Shown in pieces: positions 39,631-49,444 of a DNA stretch of 64,000 nucleotides; the stretch's first letter is position 1, and every line of letters starts with the position of its first letter. Made by a program: the position numbers and the translations under genes. The DNA is from Armatimonadota bacterium. GTDB lineage: Bacteria > Armatimonadota > HRBIN16. The stretch is taken from contig OY781964.1 in NCBI GenBank assembly GCA_963677485.1, positions 3,456,001-3,520,000 on the forward strand, given 5' to 3'. The notes beneath the pieces were generated by a model. It was not told the DNA's origin. It ran no database searches and worked only from the letters and a program-made list of their open reading frames with translations.

Positions 39631-41403
39631 GGGGGTGCCCAAGGGCGCGGGAACCGCGCCCCTTGTATGCTGCTGGTAGATATACCGCGCGCGGCCGCTG
39701 GGGGCGGTGTCGCCGTGTGTCCAGGCGGTCAGGATATCGCCGTCCTTCAGGCAGTTATCCGCCCACTTGAACTGCAGACTCACTAACTTACCAGCCAATC
39801 CCAGAAGCTTGCGCGGGATGGTGATCATCGACTGGTTTCCCTCCAGCCTGTAGTCCACATCGGCCAGTTTCTTCCACTTCCAGCCACCCTGACAGACCTC
39901 CAGAACCGCCTTGCTGCCTGGTGACACGCGGTTTACGGCATACTGGAACCCCTCCCAGGCCGGACCTTTACCGGTGCTGATGAAGAGCTGCATCCACTGC
40001 GGACCCGTGCGTGGTGTGATATCTTTGGTGGTCAGCACGTAGAAAACCAGGTTCTTGGCGTCACGGGCCACTTTGGCCACACGCAGGTCGTTGCGACCGC
40101 TGTTGTCTGTGTAGTGCAGTTCCTTGCCGATGCCATCATGGTCACGGGGCAGTGTCTCGTTGATGGTGTCCAGATAGCTGGGCTGCACCTTCTGCCATGC
40201 CGACCAGGGCGTGTTCTTGCCGATACTCACTTCGCGGCCTGCTTTTGGCACCGCACGGGCGCCTTTGAACTGGCGGATGTAGTTCACCATCTGGTAGTAG
40301 TAGTTGTCAGAATGTCCGCCCACCATCGGCTCGATATCGCGTGAATACTCCTGGTTGAATGTATCCACAAAGATCACTGGCTTCTTCACGCCTAGGAACT
40401 CCGGTAATCGCAACGCCATCCACTCATTCCATCCCGTGACGAAGATGAAGTCGGGGTCTTCTTTAATGGCGTGCTCGAACTGCTCAGCAAGATTGAACCC
40501 CATATTCACCGCTCCGGGCCGGGTGTCGCGTGCGCCGTTGTGCCATGTGCGTCCATATACGCGGTCGCCATCGCTCATAGAGCCCACTTTCCCATCGACT
40601 CCATTCTGCGAGGCCCCCACTGACATCATCTCTCGTTCGCCCTGGCTGTTTTTGAACATGTGCTGGGGGTATATCTCCAGCCAGCTCCACTGGTCTGGGC
40701 CGGAGGGGCCATCGAAATACGATGGCATCGGCTTGCGGAAGGTGAAGAACTCCTTCTGACTGCCAGTGGCAAACGCGGGGTCTGCCATGACCAACGGCTT
40801 CCCTTTCCATAGATACCATAACTCCTTGTAAAGGCCGGGCCGATACAACTGATCCCATAGCTGGTTCAACGAGGGGGTAGGGTCGCCGAAGGGGCACAGG
40901 AAGGCGATTTGCGGGGTCTCGAGCCCTTCGCGGCGCATCTGAGTCCATGTCTCCGCAAGGGCTTTCCAACTCTCAGGGTAGGTCACATTGTTGGTGACAT
41001 CAAAGATGACCACATCCACACCTGCATCGCTGAGCATCGTCGCGTGACGGCGTAACACCCATGTGTCGGTGTTCAGATAATAGCCATATATCGACTCCCC
41101 CCACTGATGGAAGCTGTACTGCGGGCCCCAGACCGGACTGTCGGCGTTCCTCACCGCGCTGGGATCTTTCGCCAGCGCCTTGGGAATATCGTATGGGCCA
41201 TACTTCAGGTCCAACCACAAAAAGTAGAATATACCCACCGCTTTACCTGGGCGTGGCGCCGGCACCTTCGGGGCAATGAGCAGGGGACGTCCCAGTGCAT
41301 CGGTGGCAGCCCAGGTATCGGGCATCGTGTCGATAGGTTTTGCCATCAGCGATCCTCCGATCAGTGCAAGAGCGATCAGCGGAATCACGGAAACGGGTGT
41401 CAT
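39625..41403 (-). CDS. secreted putative glycoside hydrolase (GH71/99-like), paralog 1
   Basis: Signal peptide; TWAATDALGR, VGIFYFLW, WGE..YGYY, FDVTN, TGWNEW, EYSRDIEP. Confidence 0.65.
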   Translation of the reverse strand: MTPVSVIPLIALALIGGSLMAKPIDTMPDTWAATDALGRPLLIAPKVPAPRPGKAVGIFYFLWLDLKYGPYDIPKALAKDPSAVRNADSPVWGPQYSFHQWGESIYGYYLNTDTWVLRRHATMLSDAGVDVVIFDVTNNVTYPESWKALAETWTQMRREGLETPQIAFLCPFGDPTPSLNQLWDQLYRPGLYKELWYLWKGKPLVMADPAFATGSQKEFFTFRKPMPSYFDGPSGPDQWSWLEIYPQHMFKNSQGEREMMSVGASQNGVDGKVGSMSDGDRVYGRTWHNGARDTRPGAVNMGFNLAEQFEHAIKEDPDFIFVTGWNEWMALRLPEFLGVKKPVIFVDTFNQEYSRDIEPMVGGHSDNYYYQMVNYIRQFKGARAVPKAGREVSIGKNTPWSAWQKVQPSYLDTINETLPRDHDGIGKELHYTDNSGRNDLRVAKVARDAKNLVFYVLTTKDITPRTGPQWMQLFISTGKGPAWEGFQYAVNRVSPGSKAVLEVCQGGWKWKKLADVDYRLEGNQSMITIPRKLLGLAGKLVSLQFKWADNCLKDGDILTAWTHGDTAPSGRARYIYQQHTRGAVPAPLGTPA

Positions 41404-41989
41404 GATTTGCCTCCGCAGCCGGCCTTAGCCGCGATCTTTTGATCAAGTTTACCCTATTGTATAGGAAGTATGATGTGGTGGGTTGTGACCGCGGGATATC
41501 TTCAAATGTCTGGGGCCGCGGGCATGAAGGATACCATACCAAATACGAAAAGGTGGTTCGACGATGTCTACCAGAATTCGGCTGTCGAGTGTGCGTGATG
41601 TTATAACCACCAAGAGCGAGGCTAACCGGGTTGTTATGCACAATCACGGGGAAATGAGTGAAAATGGGGCACAATGTGTATAGCAGATGGCATTCTGTAG
41701 CAGGTATGCGGATGACACGTATCTAGCCAGTTGGGCAAAAGGCTACTGGAAATCTCGGTGTAGAGGTTCCTCGAGCATCAATCTGAAAACACTCGACCAA
41801 CTACGCATCCAGATCACTAGATACGGACTCATAGCAGTGCATGTTCAAGGGTTCTCTTGATGTATCCTGCAGGTTACAGGGTCGTTTCCACTCAGATCCA
41901 TCGCACAGCACATCGCATCTTACGGCTCCTCGGCTACGTATCACTGTTAGCCTGGATGACCGTATTTCGAAGTCGAAAGGAATTCTGAG

Positions 41990-43222
41990 TTGAAAAACAT
42001 CTCAAGGTTGATGATCGTGTGTCTCTGTCTGATTCTAGTAGGAACGTTACCAGGATGGTCTGCCGAGGGCGTCGGCGGCTCTATGGCCAACGGCCTGCGG
42101 CAGGTAGAGCAGTACAACTTCTCCATCCACATTCTCGCCATGCTTCTGATCGGTTTCGGGTTCCTGATGGTATTTGTCAAAAACTACGGATACAGCGCCA
42201 CCACAGGCACCTATCTGGTGGTGGCCGTCGGTCTGCCCGTGTATATGCTGTTGCGCTCTATGGGCGTCATCAGCAAAGAGGCTGTCTCACCTGACACTAT
42301 GAACTCCTTGCTCTTCGCTGAATTTGCGGTTGCGGCCGCCCTGATCTCCATGGGTGCCGTGCTGGGACGGCTGAAACTCTACCAGTACGCCTTGCTCGCT
42401 CTGCTGATCATGCCTGTATATATGCTGAATGAGTGGATGGTGCTTGACGGGGGACTGGGCGTGACCAAAGGCTTCGTCGATATGGCGGGCTCCATCGTCA
42501 TCCATGCCTTCGGAGCATATTTCGGACTGGGACTGACAATCGCCTTAACCAATCGCGCCGTTCGGGCGACCATCATTAAGAGTGATGCGACCTCCGACCG
42601 ATTTGCGATGCTTGGTTCTATGGTGTTATGGATGTTCTGGCCGAGTTTTTGCTGCGCGATGGTGCCGCCGGAGCAGATGCCTCATGCGGCGATCAATACG
42701 ATCCTGGCCTTATGCGGTGCCACGGTGATGACCTTCGTGCTGAGCAGCCTGCTGCGTAAAGGCCAGCCTTCTATCGCCGATATGGCCAATGCCGCTCTTG
42801 CCGGCGGCGTGGCGATCGGTGCCACCTGCAACCTGGTATCGGCAGGCGGAGCTTTTGGTATCGGACTGCTGGCGGGTGGTGTCTGCGTCATCGGCTATGT
42901 GTTGATCCAGCCTCGGCTGATGTCGTTGCTGAAGGGCGTGGATACCTGCGGAGTACACAACCTGCATGGTATGCCAGGACTGATCGGCGGACTGGCGGCC
43001 ATCTTCGTGGTTCCTGGGATATTGAAACCGCAGTTGATCGGCATCGGCTTCACGGTCGCTCTGGCCTTCACTGCTGGGTTAGTCGGTGGCTATATCATTA
43101 AAGCGACTGGCCAAAAACAGCTCGCTTACGAAGACCGGGACGAGTTCGGAGAAGAATTACCTGGCCAAGACGAGATCGATAAGGTCGGTTCCGCGTTGAT
43201 CGATGAACGCGTTTCCGTGTAG
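41990..43222 (+). CDS. Rh-type (Rh50-like) ammonium/CO2 channel of the Amt/Mep/Rh family
   Basis: ILAMLLIGFGFLMVF, LISMGAVLGR, GSIVIHAFGAYFG, LWMFWPSF, NAALAGGVAIG and DTCGVHNLHGMPG are Rh-branch signatures, including the twin His; TTG start. Confidence 0.88.
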   Translation: MKNISRLMIVCLCLILVGTLPGWSAEGVGGSMANGLRQVEQYNFSIHILAMLLIGFGFLMVFVKNYGYSATTGTYLVVAVGLPVYMLLRSMGVISKEAVSPDTMNSLLFAEFAVAAALISMGAVLGRLKLYQYALLALLIMPVYMLNEWMVLDGGLGVTKGFVDMAGSIVIHAFGAYFGLGLTIALTNRAVRATIIKSDATSDRFAMLGSMVLWMFWPSFCCAMVPPEQMPHAAINTILALCGATVMTFVLSSLLRKGQPSIADMANAALAGGVAIGATCNLVSAGGAFGIGLLAGGVCVIGYVLIQPRLMSLLKGVDTCGVHNLHGMPGLIGGLAAIFVVPGILKPQLIGIGFTVALAFTAGLVGGYIIKATGQKQLAYEDRDEFGEELPGQDEIDKVGSALIDERVSV

Positions 43223-43234
43223 TAAGCAGTTATC

Positions 43235-43452
43235 GTAGGGGCATCGCGTGCGGTGCCCTCCCTTCGTGCGCCGGTGTCGGGAATTACCATCCACAGATTA
43301 CACAGAAGACGCAGATTAGATATATCCGGCTACCGGTCGATCCGAGTCATCCGTGTCATCCGCGTAATCCGTGGTTCAGACACGTATTGGACGCGGTCGG
43401 GTCGTAGGGGTCGGGTTTCCCGACCCCAGGGGCGGGGAGACCCCGCCCCTAC
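43235..43452. repeat. cluster of REP-like motifs between convergent genes
   Basis: GTAGGGGCATCGCGTGCGGTGCCC; (ATCCGTGTC)n; GTAGGGGTCGGG-TTT-CCCGACCCC paired with GGGCGGGG-AGA-CCCCGCCCCTAC. Confidence 0.7.
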
Positions 43453-43470
43453 ACGTCGAACCCGTAGCCT

Positions 43471-45204
43471 CTATTGCTGGTAGATATACCGCGCGCGGCC
43501 GCTGGGGGCGGTGTCGCCTTTAGTCCAGGCGGTGACGATATCGCCGTCCTTCAGGCAGTTATCGGCCCACTTGAACTGCAGGCTGACCTGCTTACCATCT
43601 AGTCCCAGAAGCTTGCGCGGGATGGTGATCATCAACTGGTTGCCCTGCAGCTTGTAATCCACATCGCCCAGTTTCTTCCACCTGTAACCACCCTGGCATA
43701 CCTCCAGAACCGCCTTGCTGCCGGGTTGCACGCGGTTCACAGCATACTGGAACCCCTCCCAGGCCGGCCCGTTGCCGGTGCTGATGAAGAGCTGCATCCA
43801 CTGCTGGCCGGTGCGTGGTGTGATGTCGTTGGTGGTCTGCACGTAGAACACCAGGTTCTTCGCATCACGCGCCACTTTGGTCACACGCAGGTCGTTGCGT
43901 CCGCTGTTGTCGGTGTAGTGAAGCTCCTGACCGATGCCATCATGGTCACGGGGCAGTGTCTCGTTGATGGCATCAAGATAGGTGGGCTGCACCTTCTGCC
44001 AGGCCGACCATGGCGTGTTCTTGCCGATGCTGACCTCTCGGCCCGCTTTCGGTACCGTTCGGGCACCTTTAAACTGGCGAATATAGTTCACCATCTGGTA
44101 ATAATAGTTGTCGGTGTGCCCGCCCTTCATCGGCTCGATGTCGCGCGAGTACTCCTGGTCAAACTGATCCACAAACATCACGGGCTTCTTGATGCCGTTG
44201 AACTCGCTGAAGCGCATCGCGATCCACTCGTTCCATCCGGTGATGAAGATGAAGTCGGGGTCCTCTTTGATGGCGTGCTCGAACTGCTCTGCGAAGTTGG
44301 GACCCTTGTCTACGGCCCCTGGGCTGGTGTCACGCGCGCCGTTGTGCCAGGTTCGGCCATATACTTGGTCACCCTCACTCATAGAGCCCAGGCGGCCATT
44401 CACGCCGTTCATGGCGGTGCCCACCACCATCATCTCTCGTTCGCCTTGACTATTCTTGTACATGCGCTGCGGGTAGATCTCAAGCCAGCTCCACTGGTCA
44501 GGACCGGTGGGGCCGTCGAAGTAGCTGGGCATCGGCTTGCGGTAGGTAAAGAACTCCTTCATCTCAGCCGGCACCGGAGCCGGGTCGGCCATGATCAGCG
44601 GTTTGCCCTTCCACTTGTACCACAGGTCCTTGTAAAGACCAGGCTTGTATAGCTGTTCCCACAACTGGTTCAGTGAGCCCATCGGGTTCCAGAAGGGGCA
44701 CAGGAAGGCCATCTGTGGGGTTTTGAGACCCTCTTTGCGCATCTGCGTCCAGGTTTCGGCGAGTGCCTTCCAGCTATCTGGGTAGGTCGCCTGGTTGGTG
44801 ACGTCAAAAATCACCACATCGATGCCGGCATCGCTGAGCATGGTGGCGTGACGGCGCAGCACCCAGGGATCCGTGTTGAGGTAATAGCCATACATGGGTT
44901 CGCCCCAGTGATGGTAAGCCATTTTTGGTCCCCATACGGGACTGTCGGCGTTCGTCATGGCATTGGGGTCATTTGCCAGAGCCTTCGTCACATCGTAGGG
45001 GCCGTATTTCAAATCTAGCCACAAAAAGTAGAATATGCCGACGGCTTTACCGGGGCGTGGTGCCGGCACATTCGGGGCAGTGAGCAGGGGACGTCCCAGT
45101 GCATCGGTGGCGGCCCAGGTATCGGGCATCGTGTCAACGGCTTTTGCCATCAGCGAACCTCCAATAAGTGAAAGCGCAAGAAGCGAGGTGATTGCGGGCT
45201 TCAT
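43471..45204 (-). CDS. secreted putative glycoside hydrolase (GH71/99-like), paralog 2
   Basis: Colinear, highly similar paralog of 39625-41403. Confidence 0.65.
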   Translation of the reverse strand: MKPAITSLLALSLIGGSLMAKAVDTMPDTWAATDALGRPLLTAPNVPAPRPGKAVGIFYFLWLDLKYGPYDVTKALANDPNAMTNADSPVWGPKMAYHHWGEPMYGYYLNTDPWVLRRHATMLSDAGIDVVIFDVTNQATYPDSWKALAETWTQMRKEGLKTPQMAFLCPFWNPMGSLNQLWEQLYKPGLYKDLWYKWKGKPLIMADPAPVPAEMKEFFTYRKPMPSYFDGPTGPDQWSWLEIYPQRMYKNSQGEREMMVVGTAMNGVNGRLGSMSEGDQVYGRTWHNGARDTSPGAVDKGPNFAEQFEHAIKEDPDFIFITGWNEWIAMRFSEFNGIKKPVMFVDQFDQEYSRDIEPMKGGHTDNYYYQMVNYIRQFKGARTVPKAGREVSIGKNTPWSAWQKVQPTYLDAINETLPRDHDGIGQELHYTDNSGRNDLRVTKVARDAKNLVFYVQTTNDITPRTGQQWMQLFISTGNGPAWEGFQYAVNRVQPGSKAVLEVCQGGYRWKKLGDVDYKLQGNQLMITIPRKLLGLDGKQVSLQFKWADNCLKDGDIVTAWTKGDTAPSGRARYIYQQ

Positions 45205-45383
45205 GGTTCTCCTCCGTTTGGTGCATTACTGCAACTGCCTGTAGAGTTCGCCATATGGGGTCGGTGTTCCTGCATGGGTGGGGACGAGGCTCACGCGAAG
45301 ACGCGAAGGCGCGAAGAGGAGGGGAGTGTTTGAGGAACTGGTGCCGTATGTTGGCATCAAAAACGGGTATGAGTGCTCGTCCA

Positions 45384-45760
45384 CCGCGACATAAATGTCA
45401 ATCTATTACCCACAAATCCAGTTGGGATCGTATCGACCATGTGCCGCGACATAAATGTCTCGGCTACTGATCAACAAGCCCGCTAAACCGGGCTGCGGAG
45501 CTCCTTTCCGACAAAGATAACGTTAATGAAGACTGCTTCAGCAGTCTTGGTGTTCAATAGCCGAGACATTTATGTCGCGGAATCGATGACCTACTGGCCA
45601 TGCAATATTTGTGGGTAATAAACTGACATTTATGTCGCGGAATCGGTGATCTACTGGCCATGCAATATTTGTGGGTAATAAACTGACATTTATGTCGCGG
45701 AATCGGTGATCTACTGGCCATGCAATACTTATGGGTAATAGACTGACATTCATGTCGCGG
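45384..45760. repeat. palindromic array of 60-bp-period repeats
   Basis: Core GACATTTATGTCGCGG at 45565, 45625, 45685 and 45745 (last copy has one mismatch); inverted copies start at 45384 and 45444. Confidence 0.9.
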
Positions 45761-45869
45761 CGTATGGGGTGTACATATCCTCCCTCCACCACTCGTATTC
45801 AGCGAGCCAATTTGTGCTCAGATATTGCCCAAACCATGCGCTTCTTGATATACTTTTCATGGTCTGCAA

Positions 45870-45954
45870 GCCCGGGTGGTGGAATCGGTAGACACACGGG
45901 ACTTAAAATCCCGAGCCGCAAGGCGTGGGGGTTCGAGTCCCCCCCCGGGCACCA
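45870..45954 (+). tRNA. tRNA-Leu(TAA)
   Basis: GCCCGGGTGGTGGAATCGGTAGACAC..CGGGA CT TAA AA TCCCG, long variable arm GCC-GCAA-GGC, GGTTCGAGTCC, CCA end. Confidence 0.97.
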
Positions 45955-46052
45955 TTTACAGATCTTTTCTGATGATATCGACCTTATGTGATCACCCCCC
46001 TATCGGGGTTCCCTCGGTGGAGAGTGACCACCAACCGGAGGCAGAACCTGAT

Positions 46053-47447
46053 ATGAGTTTTCAATACGACGTGGCAGTAATTGGTGCCGGCCCTGGCGGT
46101 TATGTAGCGGCTATTCGCGCCGCTCAGCTGGGTGGCAAAGTCGCCTGCATAGAGCGTGAGTACATCGGCGGTACCTGCCTGAACTGGGGATGCATTCCCA
46201 CGAAGGCGATGGTTGCTGGCGTCGAGCGTTACCACCAAATCAAAAACAGTAAGAATTTCGGCATCACAGTAGGTGATGTTACTATAGACTTCAACGGGCT
46301 GATGGCCCACAAAGAGAAGGTCGTCAAGACCCTGCGCGGAGGCATCGCTGGCCTGTTCAAAAAGAACAGCATCGACAGCATCGCGGGCAACGCCACCCTC
46401 GTCACCCCTAATACCATCAAAGTCACACGCGCAGATGGTTCCTCCGAGACGGTCACAGCCAAGAACATCATCCTGGCGACCGGTTCTGAGCCAGTCCGCC
46501 TGCCGGTTCCCGGTTTAGACGGTGAGGGCATCTGGACCAGTAACGAAGCGGTGAACGCACCTTTCGTACCCAAGCGTCTGCTGGTGATGGGCGCGGGAGC
46601 GATCGGCTGCGAGTTCGCCTACGTCTTCAACAACCTTGGCAGTAAGGTGACCGTTGTAGAGCTGATGCCGCAGATCCTGCCGTTGGAAGACGTTGAGATC
46701 GCCGCAGAGCTGAACAAGAGCCTGAAGCGCCAGGGTATCACCTTGATGAACGACGCCAAGGTGAAAGAAGTAAAGCACCAACCCGACGGCTCCAAGCAGG
46801 TGGTCATCGAGACAGCGAAGGGCGATCAGATCGTGGAGTGCGACATCGTGCTGGTCGGCGTTGGCCGCCGAGCCGTGCTTGCGGGTCTGGGTATCGAAGG
46901 TCTTGGTATCCGCACGCACAAGAAGGGCATTGAAGTCAACGAGAAGATGGAGACCAACGTGCCGGGTATTTATGCCATCGGCGACGTGATCGGCAAAATC
47001 CAGCTTGCACATGTGGCTTCTGCTGAGGGTATCGTCGCGGCCAGCAACGCGCTGGGCCACAATGAGACCATGAAATACAAAGTGGTGCCTAGTTGTGTCT
47101 ACACCGTGCCGGAAGTAGCCAGTGTGGGTCTGACTGAAGCTCAAGCTATCGCTGAAGGCCATGAAGTCAAGGTTGGAAGGTTCAACCTGCGCGGATTGGG
47201 CAAGATGATGGCCATGGGCGAGACCGAAGGTCTTGTGAAGGTCGTTGCTGACGCTCAGTATGGCGAGGTCCTTGGTGTTCACATCATGGGACCGCACGCC
47301 ACGGACATGATCGGTGAACCCACCACCGCGATGAGTCTTGAGGCTACCCTGGAGGATATGGTGCGAGTGATCCATGCTCACCCCACCGTCACCGAGGGGC
47401 TGCTTGAAGGCTTTGAAGACGCACTGGGACACGCCATCCATAAGTAA
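46053..47447 (+). CDS. lpdA: dihydrolipoyl dehydrogenase
   Basis: GAGPGGYVAAIRAAQLG, GGTCLNWGCIPTK, GAGAIG, IGDV, HAHPTVTE. Start moved to MSFQYDV (46053), which has a GGAGG RBS. Confidence 0.95.
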   Translation: MSFQYDVAVIGAGPGGYVAAIRAAQLGGKVACIEREYIGGTCLNWGCIPTKAMVAGVERYHQIKNSKNFGITVGDVTIDFNGLMAHKEKVVKTLRGGIAGLFKKNSIDSIAGNATLVTPNTIKVTRADGSSETVTAKNIILATGSEPVRLPVPGLDGEGIWTSNEAVNAPFVPKRLLVMGAGAIGCEFAYVFNNLGSKVTVVELMPQILPLEDVEIAAELNKSLKRQGITLMNDAKVKEVKHQPDGSKQVVIETAKGDQIVECDIVLVGVGRRAVLAGLGIEGLGIRTHKKGIEVNEKMETNVPGIYAIGDVIGKIQLAHVASAEGIVAASNALGHNETMKYKVVPSCVYTVPEVASVGLTEAQAIAEGHEVKVGRFNLRGLGKMMAMGETEGLVKVVADAQYGEVLGVHIMGPHATDMIGEPTTAMSLEATLEDMVRVIHAHPTVTEGLLEGFEDALGHAIHK

Positions 47448-47467
47448 TATGCCGCGATGGGGCATTG

Positions 47468-47503
47468 AAATACGGTCTGCGCACGTCGCAGACCGTATTT
47501 TGT
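47468..47503 (+). terminator. intrinsic terminator after lpdA
   Basis: AAATACGGTCTGCG-N5-CGCAGACCGTATTT, followed by TGT. Confidence 0.8.
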
Positions 47504-47566
47504 CATAATAAGGGTGTGCCATAATCTCTCATGTGCCTTGACCACACTCTTTGAGGAGAACTCACG

Positions 47567-48610
47567 ATGAACCAAATGCACTCTAAACTCGGACTTTTAG
47601 CTGCCATGTGTTTGCTGATTGCTGGCTGCAACAAGCCTGCGCCTAACACATCTGCCACCCCCACAGGCCCAAAACCGTTCCGTGCGGCGATGGTCACCGA
47701 TACAGCCGGGTTGACAGATCGCAGCTTCAACGAGACCTCCTGGAAGGGGCTGCAAAAGGCCCAAAAGGATCTTGGTATAGAGATCAAGGCGGTGGAGAGC
47801 CGAGCCGTGGCAGACTACGAAACGAACCTGTCTTTACTGGCGCGCCAGGGTTACGACGTGATCTTTGCAATTGGTTTCGCGCAGTTCGATCCGCTGTCTA
47901 AGGTCGCCAAGCAGTTCCCAAAGACAAAGTTTGCGATCGTCGATACAGACGCTCCGAAGCTGCCGAACTGCAAGGGGTTGGTTTTCCGTGAGCAGGAGGG
48001 CTGTTTCTTAGCCGGAGCTCTCGCCGCGATGGTCAGTAAATCAGGCAAACTAGGATTTGTGGGTGGACTGGACATCCCGTTGATCAAAAGGTTCGAGGTA
48101 GGATACCATGCTGGAGCGCTGGCGGTGAATCCTAAAATTGAGCTTTTTGCAGGTTACGCCGGAAGCTGGGAAGACCCCACCAAAGGCAAGGAACTCGCGC
48201 TGAGCCAGATCGAACGCGGAGCCGACATCGTGTTCACCGCGTCAGGCAAGACCGGCCTGGGTGTCATCGAGGCAGCCCGAACCAAGGGCCCTGGTTACTA
48301 TGCCATCGGCACCGATGCTGACCAAGACTATATTGCACCAGGCCGCGTTCTGACCAGCATGATGAAGGGGCTTGACAGCGTGGTATACAATGTCACCGCC
48401 GATGTAAAGAACGGCAAGTATAAGGCCGATAACCAAAGCTTTGGTCTGAAGGAAGATGGGGTCAGGCTTAGCCCTATGAAATACACTCGTGATAAAATCC
48501 CGGCGGGTGCGCTCAAGCGTATCGAGGTGTTGAAGCAGGCCATCATCAGCGGTGCGATCAAGGTACCTGTAGACGATGCAGGCCTCAAAGCGTTTGCTGC
48601 CGCCAAATAG
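47567..48610 (+). CDS. BMP family ABC substrate-binding lipoprotein (nucleoside-binding-like)
   Basis: Lipobox IAGC; DRSFN, GFVGG, F..G, GTDADQ, LTSMMK. Confidence 0.9.
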   Translation: MNQMHSKLGLLAAMCLLIAGCNKPAPNTSATPTGPKPFRAAMVTDTAGLTDRSFNETSWKGLQKAQKDLGIEIKAVESRAVADYETNLSLLARQGYDVIFAIGFAQFDPLSKVAKQFPKTKFAIVDTDAPKLPNCKGLVFREQEGCFLAGALAAMVSKSGKLGFVGGLDIPLIKRFEVGYHAGALAVNPKIELFAGYAGSWEDPTKGKELALSQIERGADIVFTASGKTGLGVIEAARTKGPGYYAIGTDADQDYIAPGRVLTSMMKGLDSVVYNVTADVKNGKYKADNQSFGLKEDGVRLSPMKYTRDKIPAGALKRIEVLKQAIISGAIKVPVDDAGLKAFAAAK

Positions 48611-48639
48611 ATAATCAGCTGGAAAAGGACCATATATAA

Positions 48640-49422
48640 ATGATAGTCGATGCGAGAGCTAACCGCGTGACGCTGTATGGCGATCTAAACAGCAACCAGT
48701 GGTTGACCATCAAGGCCGCCGCCACGCTGCTGCTGAAGCGCAATCCGTCTGGTATTATTATCAGTTGCGCCGGTCTGGAAGGCTTAACGCCCGAAGGTGC
48801 GACTACATTTTTGAACGCTCAGAACTACATTCAAAACAATGGCGCACGGATTGTGTTCTGTGAAGTGCCCACGGAGCTATTGCCCGTGCTGCGCTCCACA
48901 CCCGGACTGCGCAGCCAGTTGAATGTCACGAAGACGCTTGAGGACGCCCTCGCGTCATTAGGTGAGGGTAGTGATGACCTTGAAGAGATTGATGCACACA
49001 AGCATGAGGCCTGCAGCTATAGGGTGCTGCTGCCTTTATGGGATGAGTTGGACATCAAGTCACTAACCGACCATAGTCAGCACTTGGCCAAGGACTACCA
49101 TGGCATGGTTAAAGTGGTGTACATGCTGGTGGTACCACAGAAATTGAGCATCGATGCCCCTCTGCCCGAAGAGGAAGAGAACGCAAACGTGGTTCTTGAT
49201 CGGCTTAAGATTGAGGCTAAGGCTGCTAGAGTGAGATGCGAAACGCATGTTCACCGTTGCCGAAACCTCACTACAGGAATATTGAAGCTGGCTGTATCGG
49301 AGAGCCCCGAAATCATGGTGCTCGGTATTCCCAAAAATAACGAAGGCGGGTTTGAACTGAACGAAATCCTGTCTAAAGCGCCATGTGAAGTCATGGTCAG
49401 CAAGTCTAAGATCAGTTCATAA
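48640..49422 (+). CDS. STAS-like plus universal stress protein (USP) domain fusion
   Basis: N-terminal VTLYGDL...LEGLTPEG is STAS-like; C-terminal RVLLP...VVYM..VP...IMVLG...ILSKAPCEVMV is USP-like. Confidence 0.6.
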   Translation: MIVDARANRVTLYGDLNSNQWLTIKAAATLLLKRNPSGIIISCAGLEGLTPEGATTFLNAQNYIQNNGARIVFCEVPTELLPVLRSTPGLRSQLNVTKTLEDALASLGEGSDDLEEIDAHKHEACSYRVLLPLWDELDIKSLTDHSQHLAKDYHGMVKVVYMLVVPQKLSIDAPLPEEEENANVVLDRLKIEAKAARVRCETHVHRCRNLTTGILKLAVSESPEIMVLGIPKNNEGGFELNEILSKAPCEVMVSKSKISS

Positions 49423-49444
49423 CCAGCCCAGAACGGTAGGATAA

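Noticed and set aside
41700-41830. Riboswitch or sigma54 promoter upstream of the Rh gene
   Set aside because: A 9-bp IR (CGTATCTAG/CTAGATACG) and GGCAAA are present but no full aptamer consensus was recognised; the GG-N9-GC spacing does not fit sigma54.
45565-45760. mini-CRISPR (60-nt period)
   Set aside because: Whole 60-mers are near-identical with no unique spacers, and inverted copies are present.
45876-46052. N-terminal extension of LpdA
   Set aside because: It overlaps tRNA-Leu; an RBS supports the start at 46053.
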